A DNA stretch of 64,000 bases, from contig OZ024743.1 of the NCBI GenBank assembly GCA_964016885.1, forward strand, positions 109,926,001-109,990,000. The letters are read 5' to 3'. Position numbers and translations under genes: made by a program. Below, in pieces: positions 27,397-46,593 of the stretch. A model generated the notes under the pieces. The model had not been told where the DNA came from. It ran no database searches and saw only the letters and a list, made by a program, of their open reading frames with translations. Each line of letters begins with the position of its first letter. Position 1 is the stretch's first letter. Source of the DNA: Eledone cirrhosa. Taxonomy: Eukaryota.

Positions 27397-27754
27397 TAAA
27401 TTAAGAAAAATAATGAATAAAAACAAACAAACAGTTCCTTATATTAAAAAATTCATCATTTTACGATCGTTTCTAGGATATATATGTGTGTTGGTATGTA
27501 TATCATATAGATCTATGTAAAATGTTTACAAACTATCAGAGGGAATATACATACCTACACATATATATGCTGAAGACATCATATATATGTGTAGGTATGT
27601 ATATTCCCTCTGATAGTTTGTAAACATTTTACATAGATCTATATAATATACATACCAACACACACATATATATCCTAGAAACGATCGTAAAATGATGAAT
27701 TTTTTAATATAAGGAACTGTTTCTTTGTTTTTATTCATTATTTTTATTAATTTA
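27397..27754. repeat. ~360 bp palindrome hinged on CTGAAGA
   Basis: The arms mirror around 27570-27579. GAAA-CGATCG-TA at 27678-27689 is HHR-like. Confidence 0.9.
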
Positions 27755-27770
27755 TATATATATATATATA

Positions 27771-28529
27771 TTGGTAAACGGAATAGAAAATGCTGACAAA
27801 TTGTTCACAGTTGAAAAATGGTTTAATTAGGAATAAAAGAGTATTAGTGATTGTATGGGTTAGTATTCAGTTGTGGTTTTAAGTTTTTAAGTTTTTACCG
27901 GTTGCGCATTTCTAAATGCTTTTCAAAAATAATTTTGAGATAGAGTGTCCGTGTTGTTTGCTCTGATCTGATTAGTTTTGGGAATTCTACCTGTTTTTAT
28001 GTTAAAAATGTGGCTCCAGCGTTACTTTGGTGTTGCAAACATTCTTGTGGTCAAAACAATTTTGATTCGTCGGTAGAGGTCATGTGAAAGTAAAAAATTG
28101 TTTTTGCGCCAAGACTGTTTTTATGTTAAAAAAGTTATGTTAAAAAAGTTTTTATGTTAAAAAAACTTTTTAAACATAAAAACGGTCTTGGCGCAAAATC
28201 AATTTTTTACATTCACATGACCTCTACCGACCAATCAAAATTGTTTTGACCACAAGAATTTTTGCAACACCAAAGTAACGCTGGAGCCACATTTTTAACA
28301 TAAAAACAGGTAGAATTCCCATAACTAATCAGATCAGAGCCATCAACACGGACACTCTATCTCAAAATTATTTTTGAAAAGCATTTAGAAATGCGCAACC
28401 GGTAAAAACTTAAAAACTTAAAACCACAACTGAATACTAACCCATACAATCACTAATACTCTTTTATTCGTAATTAAACCATTTTTCAACTGTGAACAAT
28501 TTGTCAGCATTTTCTATTCCGTTTACCAA
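27771..28529. repeat. ~760 bp fold-back palindrome in (TA)n
   Basis: TTGGTAAACGG...CCGTTTACCAA arms with few mismatches; the centre has stuttered TATGTTAAAAAAG units. Confidence 0.95.
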
Positions 28530-29619
28530 TATATAATAACGTGTGTGTTACACCTCTATTCTTTTAACTATATATATATATATATATATATACATGTGTG
28601 TTTGTGTGTGTATGTATATATAATTCAAGCATTGTCTTTAGGAATATAGTTAAGCGTTTACTTATATTTTAAAAAGATCTATAAATGCGTATATATACAC
28701 ATTTCTAATATAGTTATATTGTAGTATACTGCACATACTTATAAATTATTTCTCTTTGCCAAATGCTTTTTTATAAGATATATATTCAATTTATAATCAT
28801 GGGAAATTTCTTCTGTCGTGTTCGACATATATTCATCCTAAGGATGCTTTTCAGAAAAATAATGGCTGTAGATGAAAACAAATGCTTTTAAATACTTTTG
28901 GTTTCGATTCTATATATCTAGTTTTGAATGAAATTTAAGTCAAAATTGATACGGGTTGCGATTGTAACAAATATATTCCTATTAATTCAAACTAAACTGA
29001 CATGGCTTATGACAGAAATGTTCATCTTTTCAAAATCACGATCTACACCGGACATTTATTATTTCCGGCAAATTATTGTTTCAGATTCGTATTATTTGTC
29101 AGTGTAAATCACTTTGGCATATAATATTGATTAGGCACAAACTAAATGGAATATATATTGCATAACACATGAATATATAATATGCTGGTCATTTTAGAAA
29201 AAAAAAATTAATTCGAGGATAGTTTAATTCCAATCTTCAGATAATATAGTTAGTTAGTGTAAAACAGAAACGCATATTATGATGTTAGGTGACATAAATA
29301 TTATCCATACCTGTGTATAAGGATTAGCAAAAGACATTATGTTTATCTGCCTGAGTTGAGCCATCATTCAAATAGATTGTTTTGTTTTAATATTTCCAGT
29401 TATTGTATCAGTTTAAATATATATTAACAAGAGGTCCAGTAAACAGGACATATAGGCAAAGATTTAGAAACAAATGCATTGATACTCACATTTGTACACC
29501 CACATATATATAAATATAAATATGCCGTAGGTACACTGTATTTAGAACAATTATTTCAGGTCAATTTTAGGTCACTCTACTATTAAGGTCAGTCCCACGG
29601 ACAGATTCTACTACTAATA

Positions 29620-30012
29620 CAAACATTTATTAGTATTAGGCCAGCAATTATCCCAGTGCATTACTGGTGCTTTATTTTATCGACATCGTAAGAATGAAGA
29701 GTGAAAGGCAAGTTCACCTCGGCGGGATTTGAAATCAGACTGTAAAGGGGCGTAACTCTATGCTGCAAAGCATGGCGTATGACCCTCTACCAATACTGCC
29801 AATCTAACGCACCTACACTACTGCTAATAATTTCTTCTACTTTTGGCACAAGACCAGCAATTAAACCACGGCATTACTGGTACTTTATTTTATCGACTTC
29901 GTAAGGATGAAAGGCGGGATTTGAAATCAGACCGTAAAGGGGCGTAACTCTAAGATACAAAGCATGGCGTCTGGCCCTCTACGGATACTGCCAATCCACC
30001 GCACCTATACGA
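29620..30012 (-). mobile_element. Two tandem tRNA-derived SINE copies
   Basis: Both match the 3541-3730 family. Confidence 0.8.
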
Positions 30013-30329
30013 CTGCTAATAATATTACTACCACACCTTCACCATCGTCTCCAATTTCCTCTTCGTCTCCTACTGCTCCTTCTCCTCCTCCCTCGTTGTC
30101 TTCTCCTAATTTTCCCTCTTACTTTTCTATACTCCTATTATAGCTGCTGTTGCTTCTTCTTCTTCTTCTTCTTCTTCTTCTTCTTCTTCTTCTTCTTCTT
30201 CTTCTTCTTCTTCTTCTTCTTCTTCTTCTTCTTCTTCGAAAGCTTTTACAGCTTTCTCACATAAGTCCGTTGCTATTCCCATTGTTATATTGAAAATTTG
30301 TTAGTTTCATAGTATCTTTTTTATAGAAA

Positions 30330-30860
30330 TCTGTTATGCTTGCTAGATGGTCATATCAGACGCAACTGTCTCAAATTTTTCCTGTCTATTTCCCAAGGTA
30401 TACCATCTGAGGCACATGGATTTTATACACACATGTTACTTGAAGTTTAAATTGCGGTTTGTTTTACCCGTCAAATCTGAGTAGCGATTTTTAGCGAGAC
30501 ATTACATAAGCACAGGTCTGATCACACGCTTCGGAGAAGTACCAGCTCTTTAGCAATGCCCTCACAGCTATGCATCCCATTGAATAAATTTATTTAAAGA
30601 CCTCTGAGAGGAACCCCATTTTGGCTGCTTGTATTCGAGATCGTATTCTTTCGGTAATTAAAAAAAAGATTCTGAATCAGATATAAGTGTAGACAAGCTC
30701 ACAGAATCAAAGACGGCGAGTTTGTCTTTTCCAAAACCTCCCCTCGTCAAATGAGCGAGTGCCAAAGCTAGCGCTTTCTTGAACAAACACCTGCAGCAGT
30801 GTAAATATTTAATGAAGTCTCCCCTTATTCGTGACATCGGTCCCCGGATAGTTAAACTTC
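30330..30860 (-). mobile_element. RTE-clade LINE 3' fragment, degraded
   Basis: Minus-strand ERIRSRIQAAKMGFL; (TTC)n on its 3' side. Confidence 0.6.
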
Positions 30861-31519
30861 ATCTTTTGCTGTGTAACTCCCCTCACATATAGGATGTATT
30901 GCACAGGATTTCTTGAGGATAGGAACGTCTCATATGCACCGCACTGATTTCTGTTTCTGCCGTGCATAACTCGAAACAGTTCAATAGAGAATGACCCCCA
31001 AATTTGAATGTATTGAGTACCCAGACACGGAATAACAATGAGTAGTTTGATTATGATTACACAGCCAGCAGGCTTTAGCATCACATATCAACTTCTCTAA
31101 ATCTCTGCTTGGTCTCTTTGAATATTTCTTTTCATCTACTGTGTAATTCATAAAATAAATAATAGTAACACACTAACAGTTGACTCAGCCAAGTATAAAT
31201 AATTCTACAATGGAAAACTGAAATTCTGTTAACGAATATGAAAAAGTAATCATTTAAATAACAATGAGTTTATAAAATATTCTTCTGAATACTTCGTCGC
31301 GACATGTTATTAGATGTAGCCTTGAGCAAACATTGCAGATTAGATGGCACTTAGACGTCGATAGAGTTAACTGAAATTCTATATTAAAAAAATAATAAAT
31401 GTTATAAATATTTCAATATTAAAATGAAAGTGTCAGAGAAATACAGGAACCCAGACGGACAAATAGTCGCACATCTATTTGTATATAGAAATACACATTC
31501 ACACACGTACACACACATA

Positions 31520-31642
<123 letters not shown>

Positions 31643-32391
31643 TAATATATATATGTATACACACACACATATATATACAATACATGGTGGTTGCCGCACA
31701 TAGAGTGGTTAGGAGAATGATTAAGTAATCAACAAATATATATATATATATATAATAAAATATAAAAAACAACAACAACACATAATGGAATAAGATATTC
31801 AATATAAAAAATGATGAATAAATGCTCAAATACTAAATGGAATATTTCTCATTTTAGACACCATGCAGTGTCTGGAAATATTCTTTGAAAGAAAATTCAT
31901 TAGAACTTAATTTGGATTCGTAATCTTCGTTTCTCTTCGAGTTCCATTATTCAATGTATAATCAGTAATTAAGAATGTGAGTAGGACATTGGCGGGCGGA
32001 CAGCACTCTAGTATTCCATAGCTATTATGTAGAATCCTGATGGACATTTCTCTAATTAAAACCGAGTGAAGGTTATAGGTGTTAATTCGAAGCTAAAATC
32101 ATTGACAAGTTTCAGGATTGAGTTTTGAAACTCTGACCTAAAAGACGTAGCAGATGTCAGGCAGCGCTTAAGTGATTGAGATAGGGATGTGTGTACATAT
32201 ATATAAGTATGGATATATACATGTAAATATGCATACCTAAACGTGACAGTGTGTCCAAATAGTTAAACATATATTCATTGATACGTACATATAGTTAGAA
32301 CATTGCTTCAATGCTGTTCCATAAGGAGGCTAAAAAATCGCTGCCATTTACAAAGGAATATGCAGGCATACATAAGTACACTATATATGTA

Positions 32392-32535
<144 letters not shown>

Positions 32536-32575
32536 ATATATGGGTATGTATGTATATATATATATGTATGTGTTT

Positions 32576-32669
<94 letters not shown>

Positions 32670-33045
32670 GTATATGTATAGATATATATATATGTATAGA
32701 TATATTACATAGATATAAACGTAGAAGGACACACAGAGAGATGAAGAGATAGATACAGAGCTACCGAGATATTTTGAAAGTAAGATGGATAGATACCGAT
32801 TGTTGGCATTTCCTTCTATGCATTGTGATTATTTTAAAATTCAATCATATGTTACTCGATTTCTAAGCCGCGATTAAGAGACCATTACATACTCATATAC
32901 ATCTACATACCAGTATAGCTGCTCGTATATACATATGATTTTGTATACATGTACATACATGTATACATGTACATGTTTGTACATAATTGTACATACATTC
33001 TGTATATATGTACATAAATGCATATACATATATGCATATAAATAA

Positions 33046-33181
<136 letters not shown>

Positions 33182-33200
33182 ATATATATATATGTATGTG

Positions 33201-33254
<54 letters not shown>

Positions 33255-33279
33255 TATATATATATGTATGTGTGTGTAC

Positions 33280-33311
<32 letters not shown>

Positions 33312-33357
33312 ATCTACATATACATACACACAAGTATATCCTATTCGTATGGATTTC

Positions 33358-36511
<3,154 letters not shown>

Positions 36512-36528
36512 TAAAATAACAGAGTAAA

Positions 36529-36873
36529 GTTTAAGCAATGAATCGCTGCATCACCCCTAACGGGATCTTCTGAAACAAACAAAGTCAATCCGTCAACGCA
36601 GAAGTGAATATTTTAAAAAACGTTGCAATACGATAGACGTGGTTTTGTCTTTGCGTGTTTTGCTTTGCGTTTTTCACCGCTCCAAGTAATAACGTATTAT
36701 ATTCGTTTTTTTCCCGTTCTTTGCCAGGGAACGTTCCAAGAAACAAAGTATCGTCTTCCTGTCTTCCTCCGGTTGCAACGTTTTTTGAAATATTCACTTC
36801 TGCGTTCACAGATTGACTTTGTTAATTTCAGAAGATCCCGTTAAGGGTCAAACCAGCGATTCTTTGCTTAAAC
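36529..36873. mobile_element. MITE-like or fold-back element with ~100 bp inverted arms
   Basis: 36529-36628 is the reverse complement of 36773-36873; flanked by (TA)n. Confidence 0.7.
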
Positions 36874-36889
36874 TTAAATTTATTATTAT

Positions 36890-36947
<58 letters not shown>

Positions 36948-37087
36948 AGAAGAACAAAATTGGTTATTGTGATCCAGTTCTTGGTTAAGAAAGCCAGTTT
37001 CCTGGATGGTTTCAACGTACCAATGAAACGGTCGTAAATACCTGGATAAACACCTTCTCTTGATGCTTACCTGTGTTTTCTCTTTTA

Positions 37088-37214
<127 letters not shown>

Positions 37215-37596
37215 ATAAGATCAAAATATGGTTAAAAGAGTTCCATGTATTTTATTATGCGCATTTCAAAAACAAATATCATCATGAGATGACATTTGTT
37301 TTGGAAATGCGCATAATAAAATACATGGAACTCTTTTAACCATCTTTTGATCTTATATATTCTATATATATATATGCGTTTTCATCAGATAAAATAGGGA
37401 GACATGATATGAAGGTTAAAAAACTCTTGTGAATAGTGCAGTTTTGAATCAACATATGAAAAGTACATTTAGATTGATGTGTGATATTGGGAAAAACATG
37501 AGGGGGGTGGAAAGGATGAAAAATAGGAGGAGATGAGAGTAACTAATGGAGGGGGAGGAGTATAATAAGGAAGGATGAGATAGGAGGAGAGATGGG

Positions 37597-37692
<96 letters not shown>

Positions 37693-38607
37693 TTTATTAC
37701 TGAGAAAAATATATTGTTTTACAGAGAGAGGTTAAAAACCGTTGGAAGATAATATATAACTTAAAAGAATTTGAAAATTAACGAAGAGAAAAATTTAAGA
37801 ATAATGTTAAATTAAGGTTTGTATATTGAAGGGTTTAATAATATGTGCGATGAAAAGTAATTGTTAATATGTATTAAGAATAATATTAAGTTAAGGTTTG
37901 AATATTAAAGGGTTTAATAATATGTGCGATGGAAAAAAATTGTTGATATGTATTATTAAAAATAAAAATAGTAATGTACTTAAGGATATATTGTGAAAAG
38001 AAGTAGAAGAGTGGATGAATTATGAATTTAGAGGAATTAGTTAGTGTTTAAGTATGTTTTTATGTAAAGTGATATGTATGTGTAATATATAAATAGTTTG
38101 TTTACAAATGAGCGCAGAAAGAAAAGAAGGAGATAGTGTTTAAGGAGAAGACTTTAACACCAAAATATGTATGTTTATGACGTATTTCCTAATGGTAATA
38201 ATATAATGTAATAAAGGAGATTAGTTAGGGTTTAAGTTTGTTTTTATGTGTTGTGATGTGTAAGTTAGACGGGCATGTAAGAGAGAGAAAAATAATGAAA
38301 AAATATGTTTATGTTTGCGAAGGATTTTTCAAGGTGATACTATAAAGTATTTAAAAGGGTAATAGTAAGTGTTATGGCTAGTGATAGGATGGAAGAAGGA
38401 AGATCGGATATATTTCTGTGAGTAATAATGAGAATTGAGAAGTATCTAGGAAGAAAGTGTACAGATTAGACGTTAGAAATTAAAATAAATCTGGAAAAAA
38501 GGAAGAAAGGGAAGTGATAAATAGGAATGATATAGATTGGGTAACTAGTATTATATAATGTATAATAAATAACATTGAAATAGGGTAGAAAGATGGGTAT
38601 ATTTTAA

Positions 38608-38757
<150 letters not shown>

Positions 38758-38807
38758 CGTGTGTGCTTTTCAGAAAAAAGGATTTTAAATTGGTAAAGTA
38801 TTAGATA

Positions 38808-40420
38808 TTATCTGTATACTTTATGGAATCCTCTGTGGAATTTATGAAAGCAGAGAGAAAACAAGTCAATGCGTCTATTTATTATATAATCTAAATTAGA
38901 TATAATGGTAAATTTCTCACATAAACAGAGATTAGATGTCTTGGATAGAGAGGCATTCAAGTATGGAGAGGCAGAACAAACTTTCCTCCAAGAGATGTTA
39001 TAGTTAATATTTTTGTCTTTCAAGGACCATATGAGTTCTGAGAGTGCCGTGTTGGTTCTTTTAAGTTGGTATTTAAAAGAGGAATGATGATTATAAAGAC
39101 GAGTTTAAAGGAGTTGGAAGTGGAGCCAAAATAGGTAAAGGAATTGGTGTCAATTATAACTTTACATTCATATATTAAGTTTTTCTCAAGACAATGATTG
39201 TTGAGAGGACATTTATTTTTAACAGGGCAATTACAATTGCGATTAGAGAAATTAACAGAGTTATTAACAAGTGACCTAGTGTTATCTATAGGAGGAATTG
39301 GATTGGAGAAGTTATTTACGATAGGAATAATAATTTCTTGATTTAGTTTGGGATTAAGAACATTTAACGAAGTTGCGTTTGACGTTGTATTTGGGTTTGC
39401 AGAAATTAGCCTAGAGTTAACAATGACGTCGGGAGTGATATTACTATTATTATGATATTCAGTGTTGGAAGGAAGAGATTTAGTATTTAGTATTTTATTG
39501 TTGTGTTTATAGATAATGTTGGAGATGTTGGAGGAGGTCGAATAGGAACATTTTATAGTGTGTTTGTTAAATATTTTACTATAGATATGTGAGGGAGGGA
39601 AGCATTTATTTAAGGCACTAAAAATAATTTAGGAATATTATTATTAATAGAGATGTGGAAAGGAGAATTATACCAGATTATGCTTTTGTATCTAGGTCTT
39701 TTATTAAAGTTATTGGAATGACCATGATTAATTATTTTACTGTAAGAGCTTCTAGGATTTGTTTCTTTACTGTATTTGATTTTATCAGGATAACCGGCTT
39801 TAGAAAGCGCGTTATTATAGTAATTGGCGTTAGCATCAAAGATGTTTTTATTAGATGTTAGGTTGGATATTCTTTTTCCAATATTACTGACTATAGCATT
39901 CTTAATATTAGTGGGGTGGTTAGATTTAAAATTAACATAATTTAGATTCTCATTGTTTTTATGGTAAGGGTAATATAGGCCAGTGTCAAGATTAAGAGAT
40001 ACATCCAAGAAGTTAGCTAGTTTTATGTTGTTATCAAATTCAATGTTTAAGTTATGTTGGTTAAAGAGATTACGTATATTGTTCTTAATAATATTAAGGT
40101 TAACTATGTTGCAATTTAAGATAGTAAAATGTCCATCGTCACGATGAATTCCACCGCGAAGTTGAGGAATTTTGCGAATCAAAGAGTTCAAAATAAAGAT
40201 ACCAATTAAATCTGTCAATTGGGATGATTCAGATTCACCCATTGTGATGTCAAAGTTGTTAGAGGTATCAGCTCTGGTCCAATATTCATTGTTGAACTCT
40301 AGGATGGTTTTACGTGCGGTGAGAATTATGTGAAGTTCATCTATGGTAATGTCTGAATATTTGTAAGCGAAAAGATAGAGCATTGTTGAGAAGTGAGGGC
40401 GAAATAGAAGAATAGTAGCT
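38808..40420 (-). pseudogene. Frameshifted Naiad-type RT/GIY-YIG ORF
   Basis: FDITMG..SQLTDLIG, GIHRDDG, NFLDVSLNL, YHK..YVN.KSNHP, CNC...CPL..CL..LIY, NLCLCEK...C.H. Confidence 0.9.
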
Positions 40421-41363
40421 GGCAATATCAAATAAAACTTATTATTACCCTTTATATACTTTATAGTATCACCTTGAAAAATCTTTCGCAAACATAAACA
40501 TTTTTTTTGACGTTAGATTATTCATCCTCAATTCATTAATTTTTTCTCCCTTTCATTCTCGTCTAACTTACATATCACAACATATAAAAACAAACTTAAA
40601 CCCTAACTAATCTCCTTTATTACATTATATTATTACCATTAGGAAATACTTCATAAACATACATAGTTTGATGTTAAAGTCTTCTCCTTAAACACTATCT
40701 CCCTCTTTGCTTTCTGCGCTCATTTGTAAACAAACTATTTATATATTACACATACATATTACTTTACATAAAAACATACTTAAACGCTAACTAATTCCTC
40801 TAAATTCATAATTCATCCACTCCTCTACTTCTTTTCACAATATATCCTTAATTACATTACTATTTTTATTGTTAATAATACGTATCAACAATTTCTTTCC
40901 CTCGCACATATATTAAACCCTTCAATATTCAAAGCTTAACTAAATGTTATTCTTAATACATATTAACAATTTCTTTTCATCGCACATATTATTAAACCCT
41001 TCAATATACAAACCTTAATTTAACATTATTCTTAAATTTTTCTCTTCGTTAATTTTCAAATTCTTTTAATTTATATATTATCTTCCAACGGATTTTAACC
41101 TCTCTATGTAAAACAATATATTTTTCTCAAGTATAATAGCTATCTCTCTCTCTCTCTCTATCACCCATCTCTCGTCCTATCTCATCCTTCCTTATTATAC
41201 TCCTCCCCCTCCATTATTTACTCTCATCTCCTCCTCTTTTTCATCCTTTCCACCCCCCTCATTTTTTTCCCAATATCACACATCAATCTAAAACTACTTT
41301 TCATATGTTGATTTAAAACTGCACTATTCACTAGTGTTTTTTAACCTTCATATCATGTCTCCC

Positions 41364-41426
41364 TATTTTATCTGATGAAAACACAAATGTCATTACATGA
41401 TGATATTTGTTTTTGAAATGCGCATA
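41364..41426 (+). ncRNA. Family B hammerhead ending at its cleavage triplet
   Basis: TATTTTAT-CTGATGA-stem II-GAAA-TGCGCA-TA, after which homology stops. Confidence 0.8.
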
Positions 41427-41974
41427 TATATTATTTATACTCTAGTCCTACAAATTGTAGAGTGCTACTTATCCGAATCTACATTGCTCTTATATATACA
41501 TGAATATAATGATATATGTGCCTGTGCGTTTGTGTGTGTATTCATAATAAATGTATCTATATATTTACACATATATGATGCGTATGTATGTATATATTTG
41601 CATGTTCAGTTACTTCTGAATCCGCTTTTCAATCTGTATTGATTTCTGGCTGCATGTGGGTGGAAGCATTCCTACATTTATTGTTATCTGTTATTGGCGT
41701 ATTGTTGTGATAGGTGTAGATGACCTCTCATTATTAATATTGTAAGCATGTTAGAGGATCCAATATAGTGACATGCTCGTCATCTAGTGACCACACTACA
41801 CCTGCTGCTGGCATATCATACATATTTCACCTGCTCAACATATTATAATTATAGAATTGTTATATAATGAGAAAGATCAGATAAACGCGTGTGTTTATTA
41901 CTTCCTGCCAGTATAATAGTAAACTTATACATTCACCCACGCACTCAATTATATATATATATATATATATATAT

Positions 41975-43282
<1,308 letters not shown>

Positions 43283-43499
43283 CGTATATAGAAGCACATA
43301 TATGCATATATATAAACTGCACCACACACACATATATCAATATATATATATATATGTACATATTTATTTATTTATTTATATATCTATAACTATATGTGTA
43401 CACTGATATATATATATACATATATATATATAGAATATCCCGATAAGGGTGAAAGCAGCGATTATTTGCTTAAATTTAATATGTTATTTTAATAAATAA

Positions 43500-43614
<115 letters not shown>

Positions 43615-44468
43615 CTTAAAAGAAATAGGAATTTCACTTCAAGAATAGCTTTATACAATATGTATAAATATTTCGTATCTCCAAATAAATACGGTTTTAA
43701 GAAGCCGTAGCTATGTAAACACAGTGGGCTAACGTCATTTGGTGATGTCCAGCAGAAGCAAGTGGGACAAACGTCTATGCATTTCAGGCTTAACTGGCCT
43801 TCGTCAGGGCGGTCCCGCCCACCTCTGGCGACTGCTGGACTAGAAGACAGGCTGGAATATATAGATATCTCATCTGTGTATTCATCTCATTTGCATATGA
43901 AGCTGCATAAGTTGGCTCAACTTATAATAAAAAAGAAATAGTATTTCGCTTCAAGCATAGTATATATTCTCGCCTGTCTTCTAGTCCAGTAGTCGCAAGC
44001 GGTGGGAGGGACCGTCCTGACGAAGGCCAGTTAAGCCTGAAATGCATAGACAGTTGTCTCCCTTATTTCTGCTGGACATCACCAGAGGCCGTTAGCCCAC
44101 CGGTGTTTTCATAGCGGCTTCCTAAAACCTTATTTCTTTGGAGATACGAAATATTTATACATATTGTATAAAGCTATGCTTGAAGCGAAATACTATTTCT
44201 TTTTTTATTATAAGTTGAGCCAACTTATGCAGCTTCATATGCAAATGAGATTAATGACCTCATTTACACAGACAAGAAAAATATACATGTTCGCCTGTCC
44301 TCTAGTCCAGCAGTCGCAAGCGGTGAGAGGGACCGTCCTGACGAAGGCCAGTTAAGCCTGAAAATCATAGACGATTGTCTCCCTTGCTTCTGCTGGACAT
44401 CACCCCGGTGTTTGCATAGCTACGGCTTCCTAAAACCGTATGTCTTTGGAGATACGAAATATTTATAC

Positions 44469-44470
<2 letters not shown>
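43615..44470. mobile_element. Retrozyme-like array, family I: 321 bp unit, one inverted plus tandem copies
   Basis: HHRs at 43772-43811 (-), 44013-44052 (+) and 44334-44373 (+): CGTC-CTGACGA-AGGC CAGTTAA GCCT-GAAA-TGCA-TA-GAC. Octamers at 43889 and 44239. Confidence 0.9.
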
Positions 44471-44526
<56 letters not shown>

Positions 44527-45194
44527 TAATAGGGATATATATGTATAAATTTATACATAGTCACAGATACATATAGGAGTGTGGCCACATTCCACGGAGT
44601 GGCTCATTGAAAACATTAATTAAGCAAATAATTATAAATCAGAGCTATATAAAATTGTAAGTTTGAAGAACAGTCCTTTCAGCAACCAACCTACATGCCA
44701 TCCAGCTGCCATTCACAACCTTCCATTTTGACCACTAGCCACGTAATAGTTCTTACCCATTTTGAATTCATTTCTGGCGGCGATCATTGTTACAATTTTA
44801 GTCTTAACTGAGGTGTCTCTTGAGAAGCTCGAAACCTCATGGATAATACCGGGTTGGACATATCAACAAAGTACGAGCGAACCTATCTAGTCGGGACTAG
44901 AAGAATTTTGGTAAGATTTATATACATTTTTCTTTCCAAACTTACATTTTGACTTAGCCCCGCTTAATTGATTATTTGTCTAGTTAATTTCTACAGGCGA
45001 AGAAGACTGATCAGGTAATTTTTATCTGACTGTTCCTCGCGGAGGACTATCTGTGTCATTTATCTGTTATTTCTTCGAAGTTACATCTTAAACTTAGGTC
45101 CGTTTAAATGATTATTTATCTACTTAATTTCTACGGACTAGGGAGAAGACAAGTTGGGTATATTTTACCTGACTGTTCTTCAAACTTACAATTT

Positions 45195-45298
<104 letters not shown>

Positions 45299-45777
45299 TA
45301 TATGTATATATATATATATATATACATGAATATAATTATATATGTGTCTGTGCGTTTGTGTGTGTATTCATAATAAATGTATGTATACATTTACACATAT
45401 ATGCTGCGGATGTATATATATATTTGCATGTTCAGTTACTTCTGAATCCGCTTTTCAATCTGTATTGTTTTCTGGCTGGATGTGGGTGGAAGCATTCCTA
45501 CATTTATTGTTATCTGTTATTGGCGTATTGTTGTGATAGGTGTAGATGACCTCTCATTATTAATATTGTAAGCATGTTAGAGGATCCAATATAGTGACAT
45601 GCTCGTCATCTAGTGACCACACTACACCTGCTGCTGGCATATCATACATATTTCACCTGTTCAACATTTTATAATTATAGAATTGTTATATAATGAGAAA
45701 GATCATATAAACGCGTGTGTTCGTTAATTCCTGCCAGTATAATAGTAAGCTTATACATTCACCCACGCACTCTATTA

Positions 45778-45852
<75 letters not shown>

Positions 45853-46074
45853 GCGTATATACGTATATAGAAGCACAAATATGCATATATATAAACTGCA
45901 CCACACACACATATATAAATATATATATATATATATACATATTTATTTAGTTATTTATATATCTATAACTATATTTGTACACTGATATATCTATATATAT
46001 ATATATATAGAATATCCCGATAAGGGTGAAAGCAGCGATTATTTGCTTAAATTTAATGTTATTTTAATAAATAA

Positions 46075-46126
<52 letters not shown>

Positions 46127-46536
46127 CCTGGAGAGATGACCCCTTAGCGTTTGTCAAGGCAGAATTCTAGGAGAAGGAAAACTCTGATATAACACCTGCA
46201 ACTCTGATGGTATCCAATGATGTTGACTTGTTCTTCTTTTTGGTAAATATCATCTTGGTTAAGAGAGTGGGACTGGCTTTGTGCAGTACCTTTACTCACT
46301 ATAAAAGCTTCACGGCACAGGCATTGCTTTATATCTGGAGATCTCTCTGCACTTGTCGTCACATGGTACCATGGGCACAGCACTATGTGCCAATAATTGT
46401 CACAAGTGTATTGTTTGTACCAGAGCTTTCAAGTCGCTGGCTGGACTAAACAGTCACACTTGTTTAGCGTATCGGTAGGGTTTCTCCTACATGGATGTAA
46501 AGTAGTGACCGTACTCGAAAACGAGTTGGCAGCCAC

Positions 46537-46540
<4 letters not shown>
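46127..46540 (+). mobile_element. Bipartite non-autonomous RTE derivative
   Basis: RTE 5' motif TAGGAGAAGGAAAACTCTGA joined to an RTE-type terminal zinc finger, CIVCTRAFKSLAGLNSH. Confidence 0.6.

Positions 46541-46587
<47 letters not shown>

Positions 46588-46593
<6 letters not shown>

Noticed and set aside
30809-31140. Possible host exon on the minus strand
   Set aside because: Short frames, no recognisable domain and no partner exons.
36985-37045. HHR-like CTGGATGG...GAAACGGTCGTA
   Set aside because: The core is broken and stem I does not pair; at best a decayed remnant, so it was not counted.
38808-40420. Selenocysteine-coding Naiad
   Set aside because: I saw no in-frame TGA at conserved Cys positions in the fragments read, and a SECIS cannot be assessed by eye.
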